Program-made: the position numbers and the translations under genes
Assembly: GCF_035084215.1 (NCBI RefSeq)
Contig: NC_090328.1
Location: forward strand, 127,286,001-127,350,000
Origin: Heptranchias perlo
Lineage: Eukaryota
Reading direction: 5' to 3'
DNA: 64,000 nt
The notes under the pieces: generated by a model
Database searches by the model: none
Told to the model about the DNA's origin: nothing
Seen by the model: the letters and a program-made list of their open reading frames with translations, nothing else
Shown here: piece by piece, positions 40,141-51,901 of the stretch
Numbering within the stretch: position 1 is the first letter of the stretch
How the letters are laid out: the number at the start of each line of letters is the position of its first letter

Positions 40141-41284
40141 AGTCAGAGACCAGAGCAGTATTAGCAGGAGTAGCACGCTTTAGTTCATGTCGGGCCTTCT
40201 CGCTTAACTTTCTGTACTCCTCAAAGGTCTTGACCAATGTAGAAACAGAGAGTGGTGCAGTGACAGTCAAAACTTTCCGTGATACAATGGAGCAATGGTT
40301 GGTGTCAGTCACTGCTGAAGTGTTGTCAGTGCTGTAATGCTAGTGTGATCAGTACTTACTGGGGCAATGCTCAAAGCATTTCCTTTTTTCGGAAGGATGG
40401 TGCCGGTAGCAACCAAAATCCCAGTGGCATTACCAGAAGTCAGAGAAATCGGTGCCATTTGCTTAGCAACAGTGCTGACTGGGTGATGCAGCCATAGTCA
40501 AAGCAAGGTCGCTCCGAGTCAGGGTGGGACCAACTGTGGCCAGTGGCACCTCCTTTGATTCATCTGTCAGTTGATGCAGGCCAAGAAATCCAAGCAGATC
40601 TACATGAACTAATGTCATGCTTTGGAGAACTACTGGTCACAGCCATCTGTCATCAATAACATTTCAAATCCAATTTTAGTCATGGCTTAAAGAAAAAGTT
40701 GAAGAGTTATGAAAACTGAAGATTTTTTGAAGAAATGTGATTAATATGAACAAATAAAATTCATTGTATTTCTTCAAATGAAGGAGTACAATCTCTCAAT
40801 AACTAGCAATGCACTGCAAATACATAAGTTGTCATACTGGATTATACAAAATGGGGTAATTTTGCAAGGCTCATGTTGGCAGCGCAGAATTTCACTAAAG
40901 GAAAATATGGGTCAGAGAATCCGTACTGTAGTATTTGTTACAGATCTACAGTAGATATTGTTTCAGTGGTTCAGTGACACTGATCACTCCCTACAATCAG
41001 GAGTACATTTTTGCTGCCCAATATCTAGCTAAATAATAGCTTTAAACGAAGATCATAACATTGACTCCTTACTGTATGTACTGGATACTATGATCTTGCA
41101 TGTGCCATTAAGCACATCCTCCTGTCTTTATGGAAGGTGGACTGAAAAGCACCCTAGGGAGACAAGACTAACTATGAACCAACGTATTGCTTTGTTTTAC
41201 ATGAAATAAATGAATAAACAGAATATAGTTTCCCAGTGAGATACAGCCAATTCCTACTGCTCTTATACCATAAAATAACAATTC

Positions 41285-42978
41285 ATGGTTTAAAAATTGG
41301 GCTGTGCAGCGCCCGTTGTTTCGCCACTATGTGGCCTATTGAAGTGCCAAGATGGCATCTTGGCGGCGCACGCACTTTTCTAGCGTGACTTGCGCTGGAC
41401 ACCATCTTGGTATGGGTATTAGCACATGCGCAGAGAGCGAACGCCGGCAGCATGGAAAGTAGGGAGAAAATGTGTACAGTGCGTAATGCTGATTTAATGT
41501 GATAGACACTATTTTGGAACTTAATGCTCAACTCAATGCAACGCACAGTCTTAACCATGACCATCTGAACATGTCTTCATGTCTTAGACGGCCTGGAGGA
41601 CCCCCCCTACCCCCAACCAGCACTATTTAAAGGGACCATGCAGGAGTTACAGGTTAGTTGCCAGATCATTGCTTTCGGCTGCTGATGCATTTGTAACTGT
41701 TTTTGGAGGTCTCCTAGACTTGAATCCTAGGACCTGGGGACATAGCCGAACATTTCGAGCTGGGACATGCAGAAGTGAAATTAGGAAACTCTTCTGCACG
41801 CAAGGGGTGGGAGAAGTTTGGAACGGTCTCCTTCAAAACGGCAGCTGATGCTAGCTCAATTGTGAATTCTAAATCTGAGATTGATAGATTTCTGTGAACC
41901 AACGGTATTAAGGGAAATGGGGTTAGGTCACAGGTCCACCATGATCTCATTGAACGGTGGAACAGGCTCGAGGGGTTAAATGCCACCGCCACTTGCTGCC
42001 TCCTGTTATGCGCCACCTTCTCCTACAAGAAAGCGGGACGTGTGTCTGGGTGATGTGCCTGTCATGGTTGAATAGCTGCCAGTGTGACCTGTGAATTGTG
42101 GGTGGGCGGCTTGCAACAGTGGTAATGTGTAAGGGTAAGAGGAGGCATCTGAATGGAAGGGTTGAGTACTGATGGAAAGAGTTTGTTGGCATATGGGTGA
42201 TGGGGGGTGTGGTGCGTGGTGCAGTTGGTAGGAGACGCCACTTGACAGTTGACCTTATTCACCTTGACCACTCATGTCAAAGCATTGAACTTCTTCCTGC
42301 ACTGCATCCATGTTCATGATGCTGTGCGCCTGGCATTGACTTTGTCCCCCACTCCCCCCCACTGCCTTTTGGGCATTTGTCTGGAGGGCCTCTTGCCACC
42401 ACCCCGCCCCCCACCCCCACCCCCACCCCCGTGGATATAGGATGCCCCTCCTTCCATCCACCTCTTGCACCGAGGCCTCTATTGCCTCATCAGAGAACCT
42501 TGGTGCACGCACTCTCACAGGCCTGGTACAAACTCAGATCGGCAGATTGGTGAGGTCTGGCATGCAGATTGGAGGATGTGGGATTTAGTATTGTGCAACC
42601 TTTATTCAATGTTTTAACATAACTCATCAGTTTGTAAACATAGGGACGGGACCTGCATCTGTGTTTTATGTGTGCGATGTCTGATCTCCGTTCAGACTCC
42701 GTGTAGACAACAGACTCTTAATTTCAGCAAATAACAGGTACCGACTACCTTTAAGAGATTTTAAGAGATATCCTCCCTTTAAGAGATTGGGGCTCCCCCT
42801 GCTAGGGAAAGTGTGTATTTCCTTGAATCGTCGTGTCTGGCCTAGTTTTTAGGTAGTTAGGTAAGTCCTCAGGCTGGACGAATGTCTCATCCAGTTTGTG
42901 CAGGAAGCACCGGGCACAGGTTAATCGCGGATCGCGATACCTGCACCTGGTTATGGGAGTTAACCAATTTAACCCCTG
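41285..42978. mobile_element. PIF/Harbinger derivative with Myb/SANT remnant (-), containing a CR1 3' fragment (~41755-41985, +)
   Basis: RAPRFSDEAIEASVQEVDGRRGILYP and WMQCRKKFNALT on the minus strand; boundaries approximate. Confidence 0.6.
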
Positions 42979-43621
42979 ATGTGTCCCTGTCATCAGAAAC
43001 TTACTTTTAAGTTAACTGGTATTCACTTTAGGATACAAGCAGCATGGGTTCACTCTGCTGTACTTAAGCCTGTGTGTATTTCTAACTCAGGCACACTCTC
43101 ACTAATTTGGATGCCCCTCCAGAGGAAAGAGAGAAACCAAAGACTGTCCTCTGATTGCTCCTTCAACTTTGGGTGTGAAAGACTGGTCCACTGCGCTGTC
43201 AAAGTTATCACCTTCAATGAAAAGCTGTCCTCTTGGTGTGGAAACTTTTGGTACCCGTATATCTGTTTAGCTAAGCCTCCCACTGGGCATAACGATTGAA
43301 AACCATCCAGGCACCATGGTGCAAACTGCTACATGAAGTATGCAATGACTTCACATTGTTTTCTAATCAACATGCTAAATGTATGGTTAAAAAAACGTAC
43401 CTTTGGGAGTCGATCCTTTGTAAAGGGAATCTAACCTTTTACTAATAACATAACATTAACAAAAGCAAAATATTTTCTAGGCCGTATATGTAAAAGTCCC
43501 AACATACTAGCATTATAGTTGTATCTATGACTGGTGCTTGCATCTATAGCAAGGCTCCATACCAGCGATACAGCCTTGTTAAGCTACCCATACAGTATAT
43601 TTCAGACATTATCTCACTTAC

Positions 43622-43804
43622 CATGTAGAGGTCTGGACCTCCCCTTCCCAGCAGTAAAGATTCAAGGAGACAGCAGAGAGTAGTGACCTTACTAATGTCG
43701 ACCTGAGAGATGGCCTGTGTGCATTTCTTGTTAGCGAAGTTCAACCCATGTTCAACACAGTTTTGAAAAAGTTGCATCAGGTGCTGGCGTGGTTCATAAG
43801 GTAT
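43622..43804 (-). CDS. DNAH6: DNAH6 exon (IPYEPRQHLMQLF...QVDISKVTTLCCLLESLLLG...LYM)
   Basis: 183 nt, CAG acceptor, GTAAGT donor, phase 0/0. Confidence 0.9.
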
Positions 43805-44104
43805 CTGAACAGAAATTAAATATTTATTTGGAATGCCACTGATTTCTTTTCATTTCAGAAACAGCATCCTTACGATCCAGAGACATTTTGTGGAATTACT
43901 AGGTTACACTGTGTTACTTTATAACTATTTATACAGCCCATGCTGAATACAATAATATAAATAATCAAAATAAACACTAATAGCGGAACCATTTTAAAGT
44001 CAATTATAATAGTGTGAATTATTTTAATGTAGCTATTGATGCTAAAGCCCATTGCAAAAAGGAGCAAAACAAGGATAATTGCAAACACATGTTTTACCAA
44101 GCCA

Positions 44105-44263
44105 CTGTCTTCAAACCCGTTCCCTAGCCACCGACTCCATCTCTTTCCCTGTCGACTGTCTGAGGCTAAACTGAACTGTTCATAACCTCGGCGTCCTGTT
44201 TGACCCAGAGCTGAGCATCCAACTCCATATCCTCTCCATCACCGAGACCACCTACTTCTACCT
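44105..44263 (+). mobile_element. L2 fragment
   Basis: Similar to the reverse complement of ~32510-32690. Confidence 0.6.
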
Positions 44264-44264
44264 G

Positions 44265-46650
44265 GAATCATAGAAATTTACGGCACAGAAGGAGGCCATT
44301 CAGCCCATCTTGCCTGTGCCGACCGAAAAAGAGCCATACAGCCTAATCCTACATTCCAGCTCTTGGTCTGTCGCCTTGTAGGTTACGGCACTTCAAGTGC
44401 ATATCCAAGTACTTTTTAATAGCGATGAGGATTTCTGCCGCTACCACCCTTTCAGGCATTGAGTTCCAGACCCCCACCGCCCTCTGGGTGAAAAGATTCT
44501 CCTCAACTCCCCTCTCATCCCTCTATCAATTACTTTAAATCTATGCCCCCCCACCCCGGTTATTGACCTCCCTGCTAAGGGAAGTAGGTCCTTCCTAACC
44601 ATTCTATTCAGGCCACTCATAACTGTAGAAACTTAACTGGTCCAGCCACTTAAATACTGTGGCTACAAGAGCAGGTCAGAGGCTGGGTATTCTGCAGCGA
44701 GTGACTCACCTCCTGACTCCCCAAAGCCTTTCCACCATCTTCAAGGCACAAGTCAGGAGTGTGATGGAATACTCTCCACTTGCTTGGATGAGTGCAGCTC
44801 CAACAACACTCAAGAAGCTCGACAACATCCAGGACAAAGCAGCCCGCTTGATTGGCACCCCATCCAACACCCTAAACATTCACTCCCTTCACCACTGGCA
44901 CACTGTGGCTGCAGTGTGCACCATCCACAGGATGCACTGCAGCAACTCGCCAAGGCTTCTTCGACAGAACCTCCCAAATCCTGCGACCTCTACCATCTAG
45001 AAGGACAAGGACAGCAGGCACATGGGAACAACACCACCTGCACGTTCCCCTGCAAGTCATTTACCATCCCAACTTGGAAATATATCACCTTTCCTTCATC
45101 ATCGCTGGGTCAAAATCCTGGAACTCTCTACCTAACAGCACTGTGGGAGAACCTTCGCCACACGGACTGCAGTGGTTCAAGATGGTGGCCCACCACCACC
45201 TTCTCAAGGGCAATTAGGGATGGGCAATAAATGCTGGCCTTGCCAGCGACGCCCACATCCCATGAATGAATAAAAAAAATAATTTTACACAGCTCAATTA
45301 AATGTCCCCTCAGCCTCCTCTTTCCAAAGAAAATAACCCCAGCCTATCCAATCTTTCCTCATAGCTAAAATTTTTCAGTCCTGACAACATCCTTGTAAAT
45401 CTCCTCGGTACCCTCTCTAGTGCAATCACATCCTACTTGTAACGTGGTGACCAAAACTGTATGCAGTACTCTAGCTGTGGCCTAACTAGTGTTTTATACA
45501 GTTCTAGCATAACCTCCCTGCTCTTATATTCTATGCCACGACTAATAAAGGAAAGTATCCCATATGCCTTCTTAACCACCTTATCCACCTGTCCTGCTAC
45601 CTTCAGGAATCTGTGGATATGCACTCTAAGGTCTCTCTCTCTCCCTCTACACTTCTCAGTATCCTACCATTTATTGTGTATTCCCTTACCTTGTTTGCCA
45701 TCCCCAAATGCATTACCTCACACTTCTCTGGATTGAATTCCATTTGCCACTTTTCTGCCCACCTGACCAGTCCACTGATATCTTCCTGCGGACTACAGCT
45801 TTCTTCCTCACTATCAATCACACGGCCAACTTTTGTATCATCTGCAAACTTCTTGATCAAGCCCCCTACATTTAAGTCTAAATCATTGATATATACCACA
45901 GAATGCAATGGACCTAGTATTGCACCCTGTGGAACCCCACTGGAAACAGCCTTCCAGTCATAAAAACACCCGTCGACTATTACCCTTTGCTTCCAGCCAC
46001 TGAGCCAATTCTGGACCAACTTGCCACTTTCCCTTGGATCCCATGGGCTTTTACTTTTCTGATCAGTCTGCCATGTGGGACCTTATCAAAAGCCTTGCTA
46101 AAGTCTATGTAGACGACATCAAACGCACTACCCTCATCGACCCTCCTTGTTACCGCCAAAAAATTCAATCAAGTTCGTCAGACACGACCTTCCCTTAACA
46201 AATCCATGCTAATTGTACTCGATTAATCTGTCCCTTTCTAAATGACGATTAACACTGGCCCTCAGAATTGTTTCCAATAATTTGCCCACCACCGAGGTTA
46301 GGCTGACTGGCCTATAATTACTCGGTCAATCCCTTTCTCCCTTTTTAAACAACGGTACAATGTTAGCAGTCCTCCAGTCCTCCGGCACCACACCTATAGC
46401 CAGAGAGGATTGGAAAATGAAGGTCAGAGCTTCCGCTATTTCCTCCCTTACTTCTCTTAGCAGCTGGGATACATTTCATTCGGATCTGGTGATTTATCTA
46501 CTTTCAAAGATGCTAAACCCCTTAATATTTCCTCTCTCACTATGTTTATCCCATCCATTATTTCACACTCCTCCTCCTTAACTACAACGTCTGCATCGGC
46601 TCCCTCTTTTGTGAAGACAGACGCAAAGTATTCATTGAGAACATGGTTCT
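44265..46650 (-). mobile_element. 5'-truncated CR1 (same subfamily as 5700-7528), interrupted by family-B LINE
   Basis: MDGINIVREEILRGLASLKVDKSP matches ORF 5886..7169; RT motifs; CR1 tail at ~44265. Confidence 0.88.
44625..45279 (+). mobile_element. 5'-truncated LINE family B copy nested in CR1
   Basis: AGQRLGILQRVTHLLTPQSLST...; poly(A) tail; ATAA duplicated at both junctions. Confidence 0.9.
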
Positions 46651-46903
46651 GTACATCCAAATGACTTTTAAAGAATCTACCTGATTCAGCTGATAATGGC
46701 CTAGACACAAAATAGCCAACCGTGACACTTGAAGCTGGCAGGAGTGAGTTAGAATTTACATTCAACAGAGCTAACAGTGCAGGCAGAGCTGACGTTAGGG
46801 ACCAGGTAGGTTAAGTGAAAACATAATGTAGGATTAATTTTTTTGAAAAGGCCAACTTCATTCCACCATACTTAAATGACAATTTATAAATATTGTAGCT
46901 TAC

Positions 46904-47026
46904 GCTATCTGAAATGCTAGCCATCCATGTTTGTACATATGGCATCCATTTGAGTTCCTCTGCATCAATGTAAACCATTCCACACCTGCTAACAGTGGCA
47001 GGAGAGGCCACCTTCAGGTCTTGTAC
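46904..47026 (-). CDS. DNAH6: DNAH6 exon (VQDLKVASPATVSRCGMVY...WMASISDS)
   Basis: 123 nt, CAG acceptor, GTAAGC donor; ASPATVSRCGM motif. Confidence 0.94.
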
Positions 47027-47673
47027 CTGGAAGATAACAGAAATATTTTGTCATAAATTAGCCATATATTTCTGCTATTGATTAAACTGCTGTGTTATAC
47101 AACAATCAGAATGTATTAATAACAATGTGACTACAATAACAGGTTTTAGGATTTGTGATTAATATCAATTTTTACATGCTTGCCACAACAATTTAAATAT
47201 ATTATATGATACACTTTAAAGGTATGTAACAAACATCACAAATGAAAAATACATTTTACTGACCATTTTGATAAAGCCACATGCAGACATTACAATGTAT
47301 TTTAAAATAAAATGAATGGGTTAATGCCTCCACTGAAATAGCAAAGAGGAATATCTTATGAATATATTAAGTGTTTGTTGATATGACCAACAGAAATTTC
47401 TAGGCTACGATAATGAAAACATCTTTTCATTCAATAGGAGTTCAATTTAAAAATTGAACTATTAATAAATATTTTTACAGATTTTAAAATATGGTCACCA
47501 GTTCACTTACTCACTGCTGATACTAATGAAAAAAACATTCACATGGTTAATCTCTGAGAGATTGTTAAACCATTGCAGGTAAGAAACTTTGACGTTGCAA
47601 TTCCACAAGGGTCCCACTGGTGTGGTGCCACAGTCTTGAGACATGTATAGTCAATAGGTTTGGAATCACCTAC

Positions 47674-48229
47674 CTCAAAGACCATATGAATATATGGTGT
47701 GAGTTTAATCCGTTCACTGTTTGCGAGACATAGCATCTTGTTATCATCAAGTACTGTATTCATATTCTCAATCCACAGTGCATCAACGGGACCATCACTG
47801 ATAATCCATTTGTGTTCTTCAGTTTCATCATTCACAGCTGCACGGACACTAAGTGCCATTAGCCCATCGTTCCATTCCAGTGTCAAGCTATTTATTTCAC
47901 CATACAGTTCACCCATCGTGATTGATTTGGGGTTTAGCACATACGTTTTCACAGGCTGATATGATGGGTCTATCTCACCAGCACTATGCAAAGTTCCAAG
48001 AGTTTCTGCCAGAATCTGGTAAACAGTAGTTTTGCCACTTCCAGTAGGCCCAACCAGCATAACACCATGGCGTACAATCATGGTTTCGTACAACTGTATG
48101 ACCTTTACAATCATAGTAGGGACAGGTTGCAGGCCACGGTTAAGCATGACTTCAATAGTCGTTTGCTGGAATGAACCATAATCATGATCTGGAATAACAA
48201 CTCCCGGAAATAAGTCTGACAGGATTCCA
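47674..48229 (-). CDS. DNAH6: DNAH6 exon with AAA2 (GILSDLFP...VRHGVMLVGPTGSGKT...DGPVDALWIENMNTVLDDNKMLCL...FE)
   Basis: 556 nt, TTTAG acceptor, GTAGGT donor, phase 2/0; lies within ORF 47539..48258. Confidence 0.96.
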
Positions 48230-48501
48230 CTAAAGGGAAAAAAGAAAAACTTCACCATAGTCTATCGTCAAATCATTCTGAAACAAATATATCATTCAAT
48301 AAACTAAAGATACTTTATATCTTATTATTGCACCTGTGCGGTCAATTTTACTGAAATCTTCTGAAGAACAAATCCAATTTGGAATTTTTAAGTTTTAAAT
48401 GAAATAGGGGCAGCATCCCAAAAGGATGTGAACAGACTAAAAAAGGATAGTGTTGGATTACATAATAATGATAATTTTAAAATAAAGGACCCGCAATGTA
48501 C

Positions 48502-48609
48502 CTGAAAAGCTGTGTATCATCTGACAGAAATTTTGGTAGGTTAGAATCTCTTAAGGCTCTAATCAACACAACATCCTCATCCAATTCAGGGTTCTCCCTC
48601 TTCAGTGAC
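48502..48609 (-). CDS. DNAH6: DNAH6 exon (SLKRENPELDEDVVLIRALRDSNLPKFLSDDTQLFS)
   Basis: 108 nt, TTAG acceptor, GTACAT donor, phase 2/2. Confidence 0.93.
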
Positions 48610-48691
48610 CTAAGCAGAAAAAGTGTAATGGGAATATGAAATTGTCTCCAAAGCTTATAAATGCAACTAATTATACATCATCAAAAACAAT

Positions 48692-49347
48692 GGTCTCAAT
48701 TTTAACACCGCCCCCCCCACAAACCACTACCACCAACGGGCGGGAGAGGAGGGGGTCAGTGTTAAAATATCAGGATCAAGCAACCTGACCTCATTCCCGC
48801 CCCTTTAAACTTTGAAGTGCAGGAATCAGGCTATGGACGAGGCTCCCATTAAAAATCGTGGGATTCCCGGCAGCTGATCCAAGGCACGAGCTGCCGCCTC
48901 CCCAATGTAAGTGACTCTTTCAGCACTCTTTGTGGGCCAGGAGGAGCAGGAATGCTCCCCACAGGCCCCTCAAGGAAGCCTTCGGCCCCCTCAGGATCCC
49001 CAGCCCAGCCATCCCAATTGCCAACCTCCCCCCAGCCCTCCCGATTGCCGATCTCCCCCACCCCATCCCCTCCTGATCGCCGCCTGGTGATCCCTTCCCA
49101 GTATCTCCGACTCACCCCACTGTTGTCTGACCCACTGTCTCCAATTCAACCCCCCCCCCCCACCCCCGCCGACCTGATGTCCGACCAGCGATCTTTCCCT
49201 CCCTCTGCTGCTCTCCCCAGCTGCGGCCTGGTGCCACAAGCCTACCCGCCCGACAGCCAGCCGGCCTCTCCATCTCAATCCATATTTCCGGGTTTCCTGG
49301 CAGCTAAACCTCTGCCCCTGCCCGTTCCCCGTAAATATCGGGGCCTA
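48692..49347. mobile_element. GC-rich MITE related to 21267-21914
   Basis: Shared GGGCGGGAGAGG..GTGTTAAAATATCAGGATC.AGCAACC and internal GGAGGAGCAGGA motif. Confidence 0.6.
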
Positions 49348-50074
49348 TGTGTCTTCTCCATTTGGGTTGCACATCCAACCCGACACATTATTTATCTATG
49401 TTCCTGCCTTTCTCTTCACCTGTTACCATCAACTATTCCAGACAATAACAACTCCAGCAACTTCCTTGCGGTTCCTCAATAAGGTATGTTAAATTTTTCA
49501 TGGATTAAGCAAATCAGTCAAAGAATTTTTGTGGTTTCAGGCCAAATCCTTAACACTCCCATTTAGTTAAACAGAGTTGAAAAACACAAAAGTTTTGATA
49601 ATTGCTTTTAAAATCATTAAATTGGGTAAAAGTTGTAAAGATTCATGTTACAGGTATGCCAGTTGAGAGCAGGACCTGCTTTGAGCTTAGTTATACTTCC
49701 AGCACTGCATTGTCTCGACCTGCAGTCAACAGCACCTGAATGCTAATTAAATTTTTGTGTTAGCAAAATGATTGTGTAAAATAAATAATTTTGCAGTCAA
49801 TTATAATCACTTTTTCTGGGGTAGGGTGCTTTAAAAACAAGGATTTTTTAAATAAGTTTTTTATCTGGCATCTTTGGATTGTCAGTGCACTTTGAGCATA
49901 TTAATGTCAAATATTATGATGTGTCAAAAGACAAAGAAATACATGTTTTATTGATACTTTCTGGTCTAAAAGAGCACCGCTTCTGTGTTCCTTAAGACTA
50001 ATATCATAACATTGACTTAACACATTGCCCATTCATTTCCAGAACCCAAATTCAGCTTCATTCTGAAAGCCCAT

Positions 50075-50256
50075 GAGGTAGATTTTCAACTTGCTGCCTG
50101 TGGCACAAAACTGGTGGTGCAGATTGGCCGACCATTATAGAAACCACCCGGTTTTCATTCCAATCTATTTTAATCAAAATCGGGCGGTTCCTTTAATGAT
50201 TGGCCAATCTGAACCACCAAGTTGTATGCCCAGGCAGCAAGTTGAAAATCTACCCC
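50075..50256. mobile_element. ~180-bp palindromic MITE
   Basis: Perfect 24-bp inverted repeat 50077-50100 / 50231-50254; imperfect pairing extends to the centre. Confidence 0.85.
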
Positions 50257-50323
50257 CGTAAGTCTATTTTTTCCATTTTTTTAAAAAAAGTCAAAATTAA
50301 ACATTTTGAATTTGTTTGCTTAC

Positions 50324-50472
50324 CCAGCCATGACAAGCACGGACTTGACTGCTCTCATACCAAAGTCATAGTGATCCTGCTGGGACAGCTGCTCACTACA
50401 TAATTTGTACATCTGAGTCATCTTTCTGGCCAAAACCTTACTGGATTCGAAACCCTCCGAATACAGAATGAC
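50324..50472 (-). CDS. DNAH6: DNAH6 exon ([17 protein letters not shown]...[23 protein letters not shown])
   Basis: 149 nt, TAG acceptor, GTAAGC donor, phase 0/2; HYDFGMRA motif. Confidence 0.94.
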
Positions 50473-50494
50473 CTATAATATACAAAAAAACAAA

Positions 50495-51525
50495 TAACTG
50501 GAAGGCAGGGATCCCCCGGGGATCTGTGCTGGGGCTTCAATTTTTCACTATGTTTATCAATGACTTAGATAAAGAAATAGAGAGCCATATATCCAAGTTT
50601 GTTGACGACACTAAGTTAGGTGGCACAGTAAGTAGGTAGTATAGATGGGAGCAAAAAGTTGCAAAGGAACATTGATAGATTAAATAAGTGGGCAAAACTG
50701 TGGCAGATGGAGTTCAATGTGGTGAAGTGTGAGGTCATCCACTTCGGACCTAAGAAAGATAGATCAGAGTATTTTCCAAATGGTAAGATGCTCGGAACTG
50801 TGGAGGAGCAGAGAGATTTAGGGGTCCATGTACAGAAATCACTAAAAACTAATGGACAGGTACAAAAATAATTAAAAAGGCTAATGGAACGTTAGCCTTT
50901 TTCTCAGAGGGGCTGGAATACAAATGGTTGGAAGTTATGCTACAGTTGTATAAGGCAAGGCTCCGGTTAGATCACATTTGGAGTACGGCGTTCAGTTCTG
51001 GGCACCGCACCTCAGGAAGATATATTGGCCTTGGAGGGGGTGCAGTGCAGATTCACTAGACTTATACCGGGGCTAAAAGGGTTAAATTATGAAGACAGGT
51101 TGCACAGACTACGCTTTTATTCCGTTGAGTATAGAAGATTGAGGGGTGATATAATTGAGGTGTTTAAGATGATTAAAGGATAGGGTAGATGGAGAGAAAC
51201 TATTTCTTCTGGAGGGGGAGTCCAGAACAAGAGAGCATAACCCTAAGAACAGAATTAGCCCATTCAGAGATGAGGTCGGGAAGCACTTCTTCACACAAAG
51301 GGACAAAGTGTAGTGGAAATCTGGAAAACTCTCCCTCAAAAAGTTGTTAGTGCTAGGTCAATTGAAAATTTCAAAACTGAAATTGATAGATTTTTGTTAG
51401 GTAAGGGTATTAAAGGATATGGAACCAAGGCAGGTAAATGGAGTTAAGATACAGATCAGCCATGATCTAATTTAATGGCGGAACAGGCTCGATGGGCTGA
51501 ATGGCCTACCCCTGTTCCTATGTTC
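50495..51525 (+). mobile_element. 5'-truncated CR1 (RT C-terminal half, 3'UTR)
   Basis: GIPRGSVLG.., FINDLD, KFVDDTKLGG, WQMEFNVVKCEVIHFG; (TTCCTATG) tail. Confidence 0.88.
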
Positions 51526-51901
51526 CAAGGAATGCATAAACAATAGCGCAAGATCCGCATATATTTATTTACTAAATTACTTCATGTTAACAATTTTGAC
51601 CAGCTGAGAAACAAAATGTTATAGACTCCAAGCTCTTCTCATTAAAGGATTGGTGAGCAGTATACATTGCTGAAAGGCCTAGCTAATGTTGTTTAGTATT
51701 CAAGTGAAATCTGAGGCGCTGGCGCCAGTGGAAAAAAAATTGACTTGTCAATATATGCTTTCACAGTACAGGTTTTCTGGATAATTATATTGCAATGTAG
51801 TGACCATGAACTCATGAAACCCTAACTTCATTAAGCTGGGCCAAGCAAGAGCCATACCATCAGTTAGAAGCTCTGAGATAGGTTCAATCTCTGGTCTGTG
51901 C

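Noticed and set aside
47539-48258. Stand-alone 239-aa AAA protein ORF
   Set aside because: It is one DNAH6 exon (47674-48229) plus intronic read-through on both sides.
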